A stretch of DNA of 62,988 bases, counting the filler, from Octopus bimaculoides (Eukaryota): the NCBI RefSeq assembly GCF_001194135.2. It is 8 parts of 8 records of this genome, joined end to end, with 100 filler letters (N's around TTAATTAATTAA, not from the genome) between each part and the next. Parts side by side here need not be neighbours in the genome. Positions count along the whole stretch, not along the records: positions 35,961 to 53,824 come from NC_069006.1; positions 53,925 to 57,980 come from NC_068987.1; positions 58,081 to 60,390 come from NC_068982.1; positions 60,491 to 61,677 come from NC_068986.1; positions 61,778 to 62,988 come from NW_026326803.1; 3 more parts are not named here. One strand, written 5' to 3'. Positions 50,961 through 62,988 of the stretch are shown here, piece by piece. How positions within the stretch are numbered: position 1 is the stretch's first letter; every line of letters begins with the position of its first letter. The translations under genes and the position numbers were made by a program. Under the pieces are notes generated by a model. The model saw only the letters and a list, made by a program, of their open reading frames with translations, did not search any database and was not told the DNA's origin.

Positions 50961-53302
50961 ACATACATACATTCATACATACATACATACATACATACAT
51001 ACATCATCAAGAATTGAAATATTTGAATGCCGTTCGAAATTTGTGGCAGCATTTCATGATAAAATTTCCATTAAAATTTAATATAATTAATTTAGCAATA
51101 ATTATATAATTTTGTCTCCGCGCTAAACTGCAGTGAAATTGCCTTTAGAAGTTAAAATACCTCCCAAATATATGTAAACTGCCCTAAAGGTTATTTATTT
51201 CTCATCCGCATTAATTAATATTGTTCTCATTAATTAAGTAGTGTAACCGAAATATTATACAACATTTAGAAATGAAACCGAAATAGTCAAAAAGTAACTA
51301 ATCTGAGATGTTTGATAAAGAACTGACTGATAGACTGAGACCGACCGTCGCCTGGTTTAGTACCATTGCTTCTCTTTTAAGTTATTTTAGCTAAGTCCAT
51401 TCTGATGCTAGCATTAGACTCAGGTTTCCTATCTGAAAGTGACTTCTTTTTAACAGTCACAGAGGCTCTGACGGATGGCAAACTTATGATGTCGCTTAGT
51501 TGAATATCACCCCACTTGGTACTTGGATTCTTGTGGCAGACGCTTATCTACAGCAGGTATTCGAGCCAAGTTTCTGATCTAAAGGTAACTTCCTACTTCA
51601 AGTTAAGGGGGCCCTGAAAAGGTTTCATAGGAGTTGTTCCTCCTCCCCTTAAGTCATTAAAAAACAGCTTTACAGAAGTGGATAAGTGATGATACTCGAT
51701 ATGAAATGTTTTTTTCTTTTTTATCAATTCTCTTCTTTAATTCACGGTTTGATGCAAACCTGATAAGAATTTTCAATAGAGTTTTGCTGACATTTGAAAT
51801 TAGCTGTTACTTGTTATTGTTTATTTTGTCGTTGTTGGTGGTGTTGTCAGCATAAATCGTTTATGTAGGCCTATGATTGAAGACAATTATGTCTTGTTTT
51901 CAAAGACAGCGTATCCAGTGAGCTCTTCTTTTTTCGAGATAGCAGGTTGTAATTGAAGGGCGATTTGGCTGCTATTCCTGCCAGGCCGATCAACCACAAA
52001 GACGGTTTAACTGTTCGTTGTTCTTTAACCCTCAACAAACTTATATAATCGAAAGTGCTCCAGCGAAGACCAAACCGTTTTTAGACATTATCCAACGTGT
52101 TCTTCCTCTATTTCACAGACATTCCAANNNNNNNNNNNNNNNNNNNNNNNNNNNNNNNNNNNNNNNNNNNNNNNNNNNNNNNNNNNNNNNNNNNNNNNNN
52201 NNNNNNNNNNNNNNNNNNNNNNNNNNNNNNNNNNNNNNNNNNNNNNNNNNNNNNNNNNNNNNNNNNNNNNNNNNNNNNNNNNNNNNNNNNNNNNNNNNNN
52301 NNNNNNNNNNNNNNNNNNNNNNNNNNNNNNNNNNNNNNNNNNNNNNNNNNNNNNNNNNNNNNNNNNNNNNNNNNNNNNNNNNNNNNNNNNNNNNNNNNNN
52401 NNNNNNNNNNNNNNNNNNNNNNNNNNNNNNNNNNNNNNNNNNNNNNNNNNNNNNNNNNNNNNNNNNNNNNNNNNNNNNNNNNNNNNNNNNNNNNNNNNNN
52501 NNNNNNNNNNNNNNNNNNNNNNNNNNNNNNNNNNNNNNNNNNNNNNNNNNNNNNNNNNNNNNNNNNNNNNNNNNNNNNNNNNNNNNNNNNNNNNNNNNNN
52601 NNNNNNNNNNNNNNNNNNNNNNNNNNNNCCGTTTTTAGACATTATCCAACGTGTTCTTCCTCTATTTCACAGACATTCCAAACACCACCGATCTCTTTCT
52701 CATCTCTACATCCATCAATTCACTCCGCCCTATTAGTCTCTTCTTTTATCCGACCGTCCAACCACTTTTTATTGCGACTTCCCAACACACATGCTCTATC
52801 TTCTTCATGTAGTACTAACTTCAGTATGGAAGAAATTATGCGTACATGTTTGCATTAATTCGTATGCTCAGTATTATACTATGCAATTGCATATTCCCAT
52901 GTTAATGCAAAAAATGAAAGCTAGTTTATCTTCCCTGTTGCTGTCACATATTGTGAGATTTTAAATTACGTCAAAATTTTCAAATTTGGTATATTGGAAT
53001 AATTTCTCACGTTAAATCTGATTTTGTGATTTATTTGTTCCAGAAAAATTGCAGAAAAATGTTACTGGGGTTTAAAGTTTAATCAATTTTACCTAATCAG
53101 AGAACAGGATTTAGAAGCTGGCATTTTCTGCATTGATAACTGTCTATAACAAAATGAAAGCAAAATCATTACGACGACCAAAGTTGTAAGAACTTTTGAA
53201 GGTTTAAACGGTCGAACAGACATGCAAATAATTTTAAAAGGGGGGAAAAATCCCCAAAGAAGTTATATTTTGTGAAAATTGCACAAATCTGTCTTGATCA
53301 GA

Positions 53303-53388
53303 TGTCGGGGAAGGCATGATCTGTCGGGGAAGGCATGATCTGTCGGGGAAGGCATGATCTGTCGGGGAAGGCATGATCTGTCGGGGAA
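53303..53388 (+). repeat. 19-bp minisatellite x4.5 (TGTCGGGGAAGGCATGATC)
   Basis: Four exact units plus a partial one, no spacers. Confidence 0.95.
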
Positions 53389-53399
53389 TAAACAAAAAA

Positions 53400-53482
53400 A
53401 TACATTCTATTGTAATTTACATTCTATTCTAATTTAGATTCTGCTGTAAAAATTGCCCGGCAACGACGGACTACTCAGCTAG
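53400..53482 (+). mobile_element. Helitron-like 3' terminus
   Basis: Imperfect hairpin gcccggcaacgacgga followed by ...cagCTAG|T; a DINE-like (GACA)n end also lies at 53925-54005 across an artificial join. Confidence 0.5.
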
Positions 53483-53781
53483 TAAATATATATAAATGTG
53501 TGTGTGTGTGTGTGTGTTTATTTCTGTATCTGTCAGTGGTGTATGATATCAAGATGGATGGGGCTGTGAGGGTGAGTGTGAATTAGGATGTTGTGAATAC
53601 AGAGATGCGGGACAGAAGTGTGAATTAGCTGTGGTATGTGGGAGGAGGAGGAGGAGGAGATGTTTGTATTAAGGTGTTAAGTGGCGAAGGAGAAAGAGTG
53701 AAATATGGGGATAGCAGAAGAGATGTACACAAGGATTTAGGGAGGAGAGAATTATAGAACAAGGCGTAGGGAGGTGCAGAG

Positions 53782-53824
<43 letters not shown>

Positions 53825-54362
53825 NNNNNNNNNNNNNNNNNNNNNNNNNNNNNNNNNNNNNNNNNNNNTTAATTAATTAANNNNNNNNNNNNNNNNNNNN
53901 NNNNNNNNNNNNNNNNNNNNNNNNGTTGTGTAGTTCTCGAGTTTTAGGGAAACACACAGACAGACAGACAGACAGACACACATTCTCATTTTTATATATA
54001 TAGATTACATACAAAGAACGCACTCACCGAAAGTTCGATGTTAATAAACAAGAGTCATGTCAGCCATATATATCAATGACATTTTACTACCCCAGTCATT
54101 CAGAACAACAACGAAAACAAGGAACTCAGACGAACCACACTGAAACATGAGACGTCAGACAAATAACAAATCTAACAGTCCCTATAACATAGACAAAGTC
54201 AAAAACAAAATGTTTTCTTGTTTCTGTGAACTTTTCAATCAAAAGAATAAGAAGAGCAACAAAAATTTTAAAAATTAAAACAGAATCGTAGCACTTTTAC
54301 ATTACTTAAATTTTATGATAAATGGCAAAATATATCTCTGTTACATCTAATTTGTTCTATAG

Positions 54363-54462
54363 AAATACCCCACTCGTTGAGTGCTATCAGTTCACACGGC
54401 GCTGTGCTGACGAATACGTTATGACAACTGAATACACAGAAATGACAATAGAACAATTGTGG
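54363..54462. other. Exon-like island in AT-rich DNA, strand unresolved
   Basis: Plus strand: ttctatag|A NTPLVECYQFTRRCADEYVMTTEYTEMTIEQLW|GTAAAT. Minus strand also has an acceptor and donor around CHNVFVSTAPCELIALNEW. Confidence 0.3.
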
Positions 54463-55868
54463 GTAAATTATCTATCATGTAAATTTTTAAAATAAAATTC
54501 GAAGTATAATTCATAAGAAATTTATTGATTTAAAAACAAAAATTCCTTCATTCTTTTTAATAAGAAATATTTCAAGAAGTTTAATGAAAATATTTAACAA
54601 AGTTGATAAAGTAAAAATTCAGTCATATTATATCGACAGTTAGAATATTTGTAACAGTTATATGTTATTGGTTGATGTTACCATGCAGTGGTAATTAGTA
54701 TTGATAGCAGTTTAGTTAAAACTTCGTGGGACAGTGATGCACCAAAATGAATTAACAAAAGGGTCATTCCAGTAAAATTCAAGAAGGGTCCGTCACGAAC
54801 TTTCTTAGATTTCATTCAAATTTCACACCATGCCTCTGGAAAACAGCCGACTACTACATTACTCTATGCACTGTCTCTAGCGAAACGAATTGTGACAGGT
54901 AAAATCTGTAAGGATTTACGTTTTCCTTCTGGGTCATTCTAGTGAAATTCAACAAAGATCCATCGCAAAGGTTCTTAAATTTTCTTCAAACTTACACCAT
55001 TTGTTAGTATCCATGAGAGGAGTAATTCCTGAAAATTTCAGCTATACAGTTGCGACCAGTCAGATTTTATGGTCATTTAAAGTTTTAGGCAATTTCTAAA
55101 ATTTTCGATATATTGAATTTCTTTCATTTTTAGGGGCTCATCATTCCAAATAGGTTTGATATCATACCTTGGAAAGTATATTTCTTTAATCCCCACGATC
55201 TCAAGTCTCTCAGACACTAAAGATCAATTCTTTTAACTCTATCAATGTACAAAAAAATACAACTGAAATTTGCAAAAATCTACGCCTTGGGGGCAATTAA
55301 AAAAAAAAAAATTAAGTTTAGGCAGCTATTAATAACAACAGTTGGTGAGCATTCCATCTTCTCTAATCCTACAGTAAGCTCTGAAATCATAACAGAACAC
55401 ATGAATTCAATTACTCAAAAGCTTGTCTTATTGTGCAACTGGTGGGGTGAAAAACGAGAGAAACTTGAAAATTTTAAGACAGTGACTTCTTGACTATAAA
55501 ACAACAACAATGTAATTGGCAACTGGTAATTCATGATTTTATAATAACTTTATAGATTCAGGAGGTGGAATAGAAAAAAAATTCTACTAGTCCCATATTA
55601 AGAGTTTATGGGACAATCATAAAAATTTTTTTAGAGTGTATTTTCCCACCAAAGCTGAAGTAAAATTAATAGAACTTGTAAAGGTCAGAAATAACATGAA
55701 ACAGTGAAGAACAAAGTGAATCAAAAACTATTTGCTAGCCTAATACATATCACATCAAACTTTGTATATCATCGCATAAAAAAACGATAGAAACGACTTC
55801 TGGTGCTTCCCGAAGAAGGAGAACCTACTTTTACAATTATGTCCTCAATTGGAATCCAGCGGATATCA

Positions 55869-56500
55869 TTCCTTGAGCGGGGTCCTGCAGATAAATTGCT
55901 GATGGACAACAGCATTGTATTTGGCTCTGAGGCTCTGAAGGAAATGCTTGATAAGTGGAACGTGAAGGGCTTCTTCAGAACGGCGTATAGGCCGTGTGGA
56001 AATGGAATTGTGAAGAGACACCATTGTACGATCAAGATCATGACGGACAGGGTACATATCTCATCAACTGAGACAGTATTTTGGTTGGTGAAGAGTCGGT
56101 GCCACGTAGATATGAATGGTGACATCCGTATACGGTATCACAGCAACCCGTGGAAGAGAGAGAGCCTGCCTTTGTAAGGTTGGGAATGCAGTCTGGATCA
56201 AACCCTGCAGATGTGCGCTGCACGTCTTAATGGGGGAAAGCAATTGTAACAGCTGTTAATTCTCAAAATAATGTGTCTGTGGATGGAATGTCATGTCTTG
56301 GATGTTCACAGGATCGTCGATTCGTCGGATGACGAAGGAAAAGGAGAGAATGCGAGCAGTGTTCCATCTCTGTAGAGGTCACAGCGGGTAAGACGTCTAC
56401 CCAAGTGGATGGCATATTTTGACATGGAGTGAAGTAATGGGGTGATCTTGAAATCAGTGGGGCGTGTGGAGCTGAGGCGGACCGGAAGTATAGAGTCAGT
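55869..56500 (+). mobile_element. Gypsy integrase core and C-terminus, PPT and start of 3' LTR
   Basis: FLERGPADKLLMDNSIVFGSE...RTAYRPCGNGIVKRHHCTIK; VWIKPADVRCTS*WGKAIVTAVNSQNNVSVDG; RSQRVRRLPKWMAYFDME* (stop 56430-56432); purine-rich tract then TGT at 56465. Confidence 0.88.
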
Positions 56501-57947
56501 GACCCACAATTTTTCTTGCCGATACCATACTTTCATCTACCAGGATGTCATCAATGTAGAAACTATAGCCTCCTTCCCTAAGATCGCCCTGAGAACCTTC
56601 GGCTTGATTTTTGGCGCTGAATTCAAACCTAACCCCAACCGAGTCAGATAGTACGTTCTGCCCTTGTACCTCACTAGCTGATACCCCACAATTTATCTAA
56701 CACGTGGATCTGCAGATATGCCGACTTGAGGTCGACAGTCATAGTCGCCCCTGTCGTTCGCTTCTACTCCGGCAAAGTTTCCCCACACACCTCCGCTGCT
56801 TCACCACCCATATGGCAGGATTCATGCACGTCCAACTCACGAAAGTTTAGCACCAGTTCAACTTTGTTCTTTGTTAGCTGGACTACAACATCACTGGTAG
56901 CACATCATTCTTCACTTCTCCCCACCGGTTCAAAATACCCTCTTCTGTCCATCTGTCTACCTCTCCCTCGATACCGTTCCTAGCCTCTCCTTTGAGGGTG
57001 TACTCGTAGCAACTCACTCTGTTTCTCAGTTTAGGGGGTTCTTATTCCCAAATGTACTCCACTGTTCATCGTTCGCCGTCTAGCTCAGTTCACAGCACGC
57101 AGCATATCGGTCACCAAATCACACTCCTCTCTTGCCAACCGTCACGCCGCCCACACGGACAATCCCGTCTGTTCCCACCACTACGTCGACATTGTCCACT
57201 ACCTCACCGACTACAATCGCCTGTAGCTTCATCGACGTTCTTTGTACCTTTATCTCTATTTCACTAACGCCCCTGCACCTAATCTCTCTACCACCCACTG
57301 CACAGAAGCTAGTTTTTCCACTCCGGCTCTCGACCATTATTACAGTCATCAGGGTTGTTCTGCAACCTGTTTCGACAAAGGGCTCACGCTTCCCTTACTC
57401 TCACCAGAACCCTTATTACAGGCAATGAACGTAAGCGCGCGTCTAATCGGTTATCGGGGAGAAACTGATGCAGTAGCTTCCATTTTTTCATCTCCCTTTT
57501 TACAATAGCTTGCTATGTACTCGGGCTGGTCCCATCGGTAACTCACCACTTCAGATTTCGGTCCCTTTCGACCTCTGACCATGTGCAGACTCCGAGACCT
57601 GAAGCATGGCTTCTTAAGCGTCCGTCTCACCTCTCCCGCCGTACTTCTGTTCTCGCTATTTGCCGTCCGCCTTTTCATCCTACATGTGTCTGCCGCCACC
57701 ATTGCCGCGATATCACCTGTATCGTTGTGCGCCAACACTCATGTCTTATCCACTAAGTCACCTCCACTGCTGTTACCTCACTGAGATATGATCGGGGAAT
57801 CCAGTCACAAAAGCCAGCTTCACAATTCGCTCCATCGGTAAACCCAACCAGCCTGTTAATCTCCTGATCTTGTTCACGTAGTCGTCTACTTCCTCGCCCG
57901 TCCATCTCAATTTCCTAAGCTTGTTGTAGGCTTTGAAGGCTATTTTC
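56500..57947 (-). mobile_element. Gypsy gag-protease-RT relic
   Basis: gag WTGEEVDDYVNKIRRL...KLAFVTGFPDHIS; decayed knuckle SYRWDQPEYIASYC; protease-like FVETGC; RT LTRLGLGLNSAPKI and YIDD (56547-56558). Confidence 0.9.
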
Positions 57948-58080
57948 ATATATATGTATGTATATATATATATATATATANNNNNNNNNNNNNNNNNNNN
58001 NNNNNNNNNNNNNNNNNNNNNNNNTTAATTAATTAANNNNNNNNNNNNNNNNNNNNNNNNNNNNNNNNNNNNNNNNNNNN

Positions 58081-58131
<51 letters not shown>

Positions 58132-58667
58132 TGCATACTTACATATATATACACATATATGTAATACCTGAGTGACGCAAATATATATTACATTTTAATA
58201 AACCCATATAAATATGAGAGAACCAATTAGACATATTTCGAAGTAATATATATTTTTATTACTTTATTCTGGTGGAAGATAACATTTCATAGAGAAAAAG
58301 ACTCAAGAATTAGATATTACACTGAATGAAATAAAAGTAGTGTATATTGTTGGTGCCAATTATATCTTTGTTCTCTGACTGCCATTTTTCTATCAATATA
58401 ACTGGTTTCCCTGGCTCTTGTATTGAAATTCTTCACTTCTCTTCATAACTTCTCACATCATGATGCACACACATATATACATACATAAATATATATATAT
58501 ATAGCATACATAAATATAATATACATAAATAATAAAAATGGACAAAAAGGAAAAAGGAATCAATATATATTCGCTGATATGTTTCTTTCCCCCCTGTCAT
58601 ATTACTATTTTCTGCCGATCCATAATATAAATTTTCCCCAGACTACAAAATACAGCTGAAGTCATGG

Positions 58668-58755
58668 CTATGTGTCTTCATCACTATCACCGTGACTTAG
58701 AGTTGCTTCTTTTTGCCATGCTTTTTTAATATTTTTTATCTCTTTGGCATGTCTA
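58668..58755 (-). CDS. Candidate terminal coding exon of an unidentified gene
   Basis: ttctttctaccatcag| acceptor, then T + RHAKEIKNIKKAWQKEATLSHGDSDEDT*; unique downstream sequence with AATAAA at 58268-58263. Confidence 0.4.
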
Positions 58756-58959
58756 CTGATGGTAGAAAGAATGATTAGAGAACCTTCTCGATGTTTTTTT
58801 TAGTACATTTTCCAATGTAGTTTTATTATCAGAATTAGACATATTTACATATATATAATTTCTATTCATATATTAGACACACACATATATATGCACTTGT
58901 GTGTGTGATGAATGGATACATGGATGCCTATACAGACAGACACACATATATATACATAC

Positions 58960-59024
<65 letters not shown>

Positions 59025-59037
59025 TATATATATATAT

Positions 59038-59096
<59 letters not shown>

Positions 59097-59445
59097 CATA
59101 TACACACGCACACACACACACATATATATCTACATATACATATATGCATATATGGGACAGGATGTCACCAACGGTGCAAATAACATGAAATACATAAACA
59201 AACGAGGGAAAAACGAGTGAAATATGTAAACAACAAGAAAAAGAAATGGAAAACAGGACATGTAAACACAGAGAAAGGACCCTTCATCAGTTGCCAGTTG
59301 TCTATCTACTCTTCATTTCAAGCGTTTAACAACAATATGAGTCTTCAAAGACAGCTGCTTCCATAAATTCTAAAATAAAATTAAGGATTTATGGAGGGTC
59401 AAAGTTGGGAACAAAAAATGACAGTGGAAACATACCAGGAAACCA

Positions 59446-59478
<33 letters not shown>

Positions 59479-60059
59479 CATACATAAAGTACATGTATAT
59501 ATGATTCAAATGAGAAGACATGGAAAGATTTTAATCACATCTTTAAAGACTAATTACAATCATCTCTGTACCAACTCTGCTTACAACACCAGTTCATGCT
59601 AAAGCTCCAAGTGAAAAATTTACATATTTTGGTTCTAAGCGTTAGAGTGGCACTTCTTCAGACTTGCATCAAACGTGTTCTTACAGTGTGTCTGTCAGGC
59701 ATTATTTTCCTTGTATCAGGAGGAAACAGAAAAAGTGTAGGTAAAAATAAAAATATAAATAGGTTGTGAAAAGATGGACAGGGCAAATACAATGCCAATC
59801 TCAAGGCAGGGAAAAGCATGGTCAAACTCACACAATGGGTTTATGATTGTGACACCTGGATTTTCAACACCTGGATTTTCAACACCTGAAGAATTTTGAT
59901 TTTACTTAAGACTAAAATCTGACACTGTAGATAACCTAAAGCTTGGTTGAGTGCCGCATTGGAAATACCCCATCTTTCTGCCCACCAAAGACCTTATACA
60001 TACATACACACATACAGTCATAACATACATGCATACACACACACACACACAACAGACAA

Positions 60060-60390
60060 TTGGAGTCTGGACAGTTCCCTGGCTGGCCAGCTCATGTCAA
60101 ACTGTCTGACCCATGCCTGCTTGAAAGCGGACGTTAAATGATAATGATATATATATATCATCATCATCGTTTAACGTCCGCTTTCCATGCTAGCATGGGT
60201 TGGACGATTTGACTGAGGACTGGTGAAACTGGATGGCAACACCAGGCTCCAGTCTGATTTGGCAGAGTTTCTACAGCTGGATGCCCTTCCTAACGCCAAC
60301 CACTCAGAGAGTGTAGTGGGTGCTTTTACGTGTCACCCGCACGAAAGCGGCCACACTCGAAATGGTGTCTTTTATGTGCCACCCACACAA
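60060..60390. mobile_element. Two RTE-tailed SINE-type repeats tail-to-tail
   Basis: Plus copy ends gaaagcggacgttaaatgat (~60145); the minus copy's tail reads atcatcgtttaacgtccgctttccatgc from ~60160. Confidence 0.7.
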
Positions 60391-61610
60391 NNNNNNNNNN
60401 NNNNNNNNNNNNNNNNNNNNNNNNNNNNNNNNNNTTAATTAATTAANNNNNNNNNNNNNNNNNNNNNNNNNNNNNNNNNNNNNNNNNNNNAGAAGAAGAA
60501 GAAGAAGAGGTGGTGGTGGTAGTGGTGGTAGTAGGGAGGAGGAGGAGGAGGAGGAAGAAGAAGAAGAAGAAGAAGAAGAAGAAGAAGAAGAAGAAGAAGA
60601 AGAAGAGGTGGTGGTGGTAGGGAGGAGGAGGAGGAGGAGGAGGAAGAAGAAGAGGGGAAGAGGAAGAAAATGAAGATGGAGAAAAGGAGGATGAAGGAGA
60701 GGAGGATGAAGAAAAGGGGGAGAAAGAAAAAGGAAGAGGAAGTAAAGGAAAAGGGGAAATGGAAGGGGGAAGAGGAGAGGGATGATGACTATGATGGCGA
60801 TGGCATTGATAGTGATCAGAAAAAAAAATTATACCTCGCATTGAAATAAAGTCACAATGATGATTTCTGACAGGCATAAGTCTAAAAGTTTTGGGAGAAA
60901 GTGAGACAAGGTCAGAACCTCGAGGTAGTACCTTGATATGCAAAAGCAAAATTGCAGCCAATTCTTCCTAAAACTCCCTACCCGTTGTTGGTGCACCGAA
61001 AACACAGGTGGTGTGACGAAGACTCGACTATTGATTGAATTTTAAACACAGCAATCTATTCTTTCAAAGACCATATATATATTTGCAGAGTCTTGCCTCA
61101 AGTCTTCTTTCAGGTGTCTTAAATGTGTCAACATGTTAATTACTAGAAAGAAGGTGAGCTGGCAGAGTCGTTAGCAGCTGGGACACATGCCTAACGAGAT
61201 TTCATCCCTCTTTAAGTTCTGAGTTCAAATTCCACCCAGGACCAACTTTACCTTTCATCTTTTCGGGGTCGATAAAATAAGCACCAGTTGAGTACTCGTG
61301 TCGATGTATATATGCAAGGTATGGGGGTATAGTTCACAGGTGATCTAAACGATTAGGTACGCTAGGTAAGTGTTGTAACGGATTACGTACGCAGGATTGC
61401 ACCTTAGGACTTACGCTCACGGATCTACACAGGATTGCACCTAAGGATTCAAACTTTGGTTTCTATAACTTCGGAAAGTTAAACTATGAACTTTTAAGCC
61501 TCTTTTTTTCTTCTCTCTTTCCATTTCCTTATTCTTTTATTCCCTTCCTCTATGTTGTCATCTTATTAATATACACCATTCTCATTTTCCATAGTTTTTT
61601 CCCCCTATTT

Positions 61611-61666
61611 ATCTCTGATGACGGAATATCCCATACTCAGGGATATCCCAGAAATAGCTGTAAGAT
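61611..61666 (+). ncRNA. Minimal type-I hammerhead motif (third family), core intact
   Basis: atct CTGATGA c GGAATATCCC atactca GGGATATCCC a GAAA TAGCTG TA agat: stem I 4 bp, stem II 9/10, near-palindromic stem III, GUA cleavage triplet; C-A mismatch closes stem II. Confidence 0.72.
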
Positions 61667-62950
61667 TTTGAATTTCTNNNNNNNNNNNNNNNNNNNNNNN
61701 NNNNNNNNNNNNNNNNNNNNNTTAATTAATTAANNNNNNNNNNNNNNNNNNNNNNNNNNNNNNNNNNNNNNNNNNNNTGATAATGGTTGCGATGATGATA
61801 TTGAAGATGTTGATGATGATTATAATTGTGGTGGTGGTGGTGGTGGTATTGGTGTTTGGCGCAGTCGATGACAAGTTTCAACGTCTTCAGGAATCCCTTT
61901 TGTATTGGTAGACATTTGCGTTCTGCCATAAAGGCTTGCAAGAAAATAACCTGTACAAAGCAAAAGTGCAGGTTATGAAAAGCCATAAAATGACGAAATG
62001 CAATATATGCATAATATATTGACCACTGTATACTATGAGCTAGTATCATTCGCCACAATGGAAATATTTCTTAGAATAATTCGAATAAACTTACCCTTTT
62101 ATATATGCTTCTGTGAATGCAACGGAGTCGTTAAAATTCGTCTAATTATATCTCAAACATATGGTAGTGAAAATTATTTGCATTTGCTCAATACATCTAT
62201 TAATGGTTAACGAAATTACATGGAATTCACCTAATCATATCGTCATAATATTTGGCAATACGAGAAGATTGTATTTGAAATTAAGGCAGAAGATATACAT
62301 AAAGTACATATTTAGTACTCCTGTAACACATCTTACGAAGGTATTAAATTTTCTAGTGCTAGGTAATCCTGTATAGCACTATTTCATTCTTTTGGGAAAT
62401 TATGAGATTGTCATAACTTAACTCGAAGTATATAAATGAAAGTGAGACATTTCTCAGTGATGAAATATAATTACAGTGATATGAAATTACAATCCTCCCA
62501 AATCTACGAGACGGACAACTATAATGCTTATCCATGTATTATCTAGGCGTCGGTAGCATAGGATATTCTAAATCCAAGATTATCTATTATGTATCAGTGA
62601 CACAAACCATGCAGTTATTACCATATTGCCATTATCGCGAGACATTAGTCACATACATCTGTGTAGAAAAATCGATATAATTGTGACACAGGGACTTAAA
62701 AGTGCAATAAGCTGTTGTATATGAATTATGACTAACAAACGTTGCGAAATATCAACAATTTGTCTTCAAGTAAGAAAATATTTAATGCGATATGCATATA
62801 TATGTATACATACAGACTTACACACGCGCATTTATAACGAATAAAAGAATGAAAAAGATAGTGTCACATTCACGACTTTGCTACAATCATTTCAATCGCA
62901 TATAAATTATATAATGTCATTTGCTGTAATACTTAGATACACACGCACGG

Positions 62951-62988
<38 letters not shown>

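Noticed and set aside
51360-51580. Open stretch on the minus strand (ISVCHKNPSTKWGDIQLSD...)
   Set aside because: No ATG, weak acceptor, no recognisable domain; could be a repeat fragment.
52075-52681. 53-bp direct repeat on both sides of a gap (52075-52127 and 52629-52681)
   Set aside because: Identical contig-end overlap, most likely an unmerged assembly overlap.
53303-53388. Direct-repeat array as a CRISPR
   Set aside because: Units are contiguous with no spacers, no cas genes, eukaryotic context.
55869-57947. Twin priming as the cause of the Gypsy inversion
   Set aside because: Twin priming joins the segments head-to-head and leaves a poly(A) end; here they meet tail-to-tail with no poly(A).
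60206-60232. CTGAGGA...GAAA as a hammerhead
   Set aside because: No stem II or stem I; lies inside an ordinary SINE body.
61890-61971. Cys-rich exon candidate NPFCIGRHLRSAIKACKKITCTKQKC and an opposite-strand alternative
   Set aside because: Weak donor (GTTATG), competing readings, no homology recognised.

Overview
AT-rich, microsatellite- and gap-rich animal DNA. Its SINE/LINE families are ones I recognise from octopus (coleoid cephalopod) genomes, but the organism is an inference. Seven identical artificial spacers (44 N + TTAATTAATTAA + 44 N) show the window is stitched from 8 scaffolds, so adjacency across them is not evidence. No complete protein-coding gene can be supported; almost all listed ORFs are microsatellite, N-run or transposon artefacts. 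Best-supported content: (1) a tRNA-Ala(AGC) cluster at 0.6-3.5 kb with two identical intact genes in opposite orientation enclosing three decayed copies; (2) many transposon relics (Merlin, Tc1/mariner, hAT, Gypsy, R4/Dong-like RLE LINEs, CR1/RTE, Penelope-like, Helitron-like, tRNA-derived SINEs, a MITE); (3) recurring minimal type-I hammerhead ribozyme motifs of at least three sequence families. One has an intact core and lies behind a tRNA-like Pol III head, and two loci share the same tail-out inverted architecture. A few splice-flanked exon candidates and promoter-motif clusters are reported at low confidence. Repeat boundaries are by-eye estimates.
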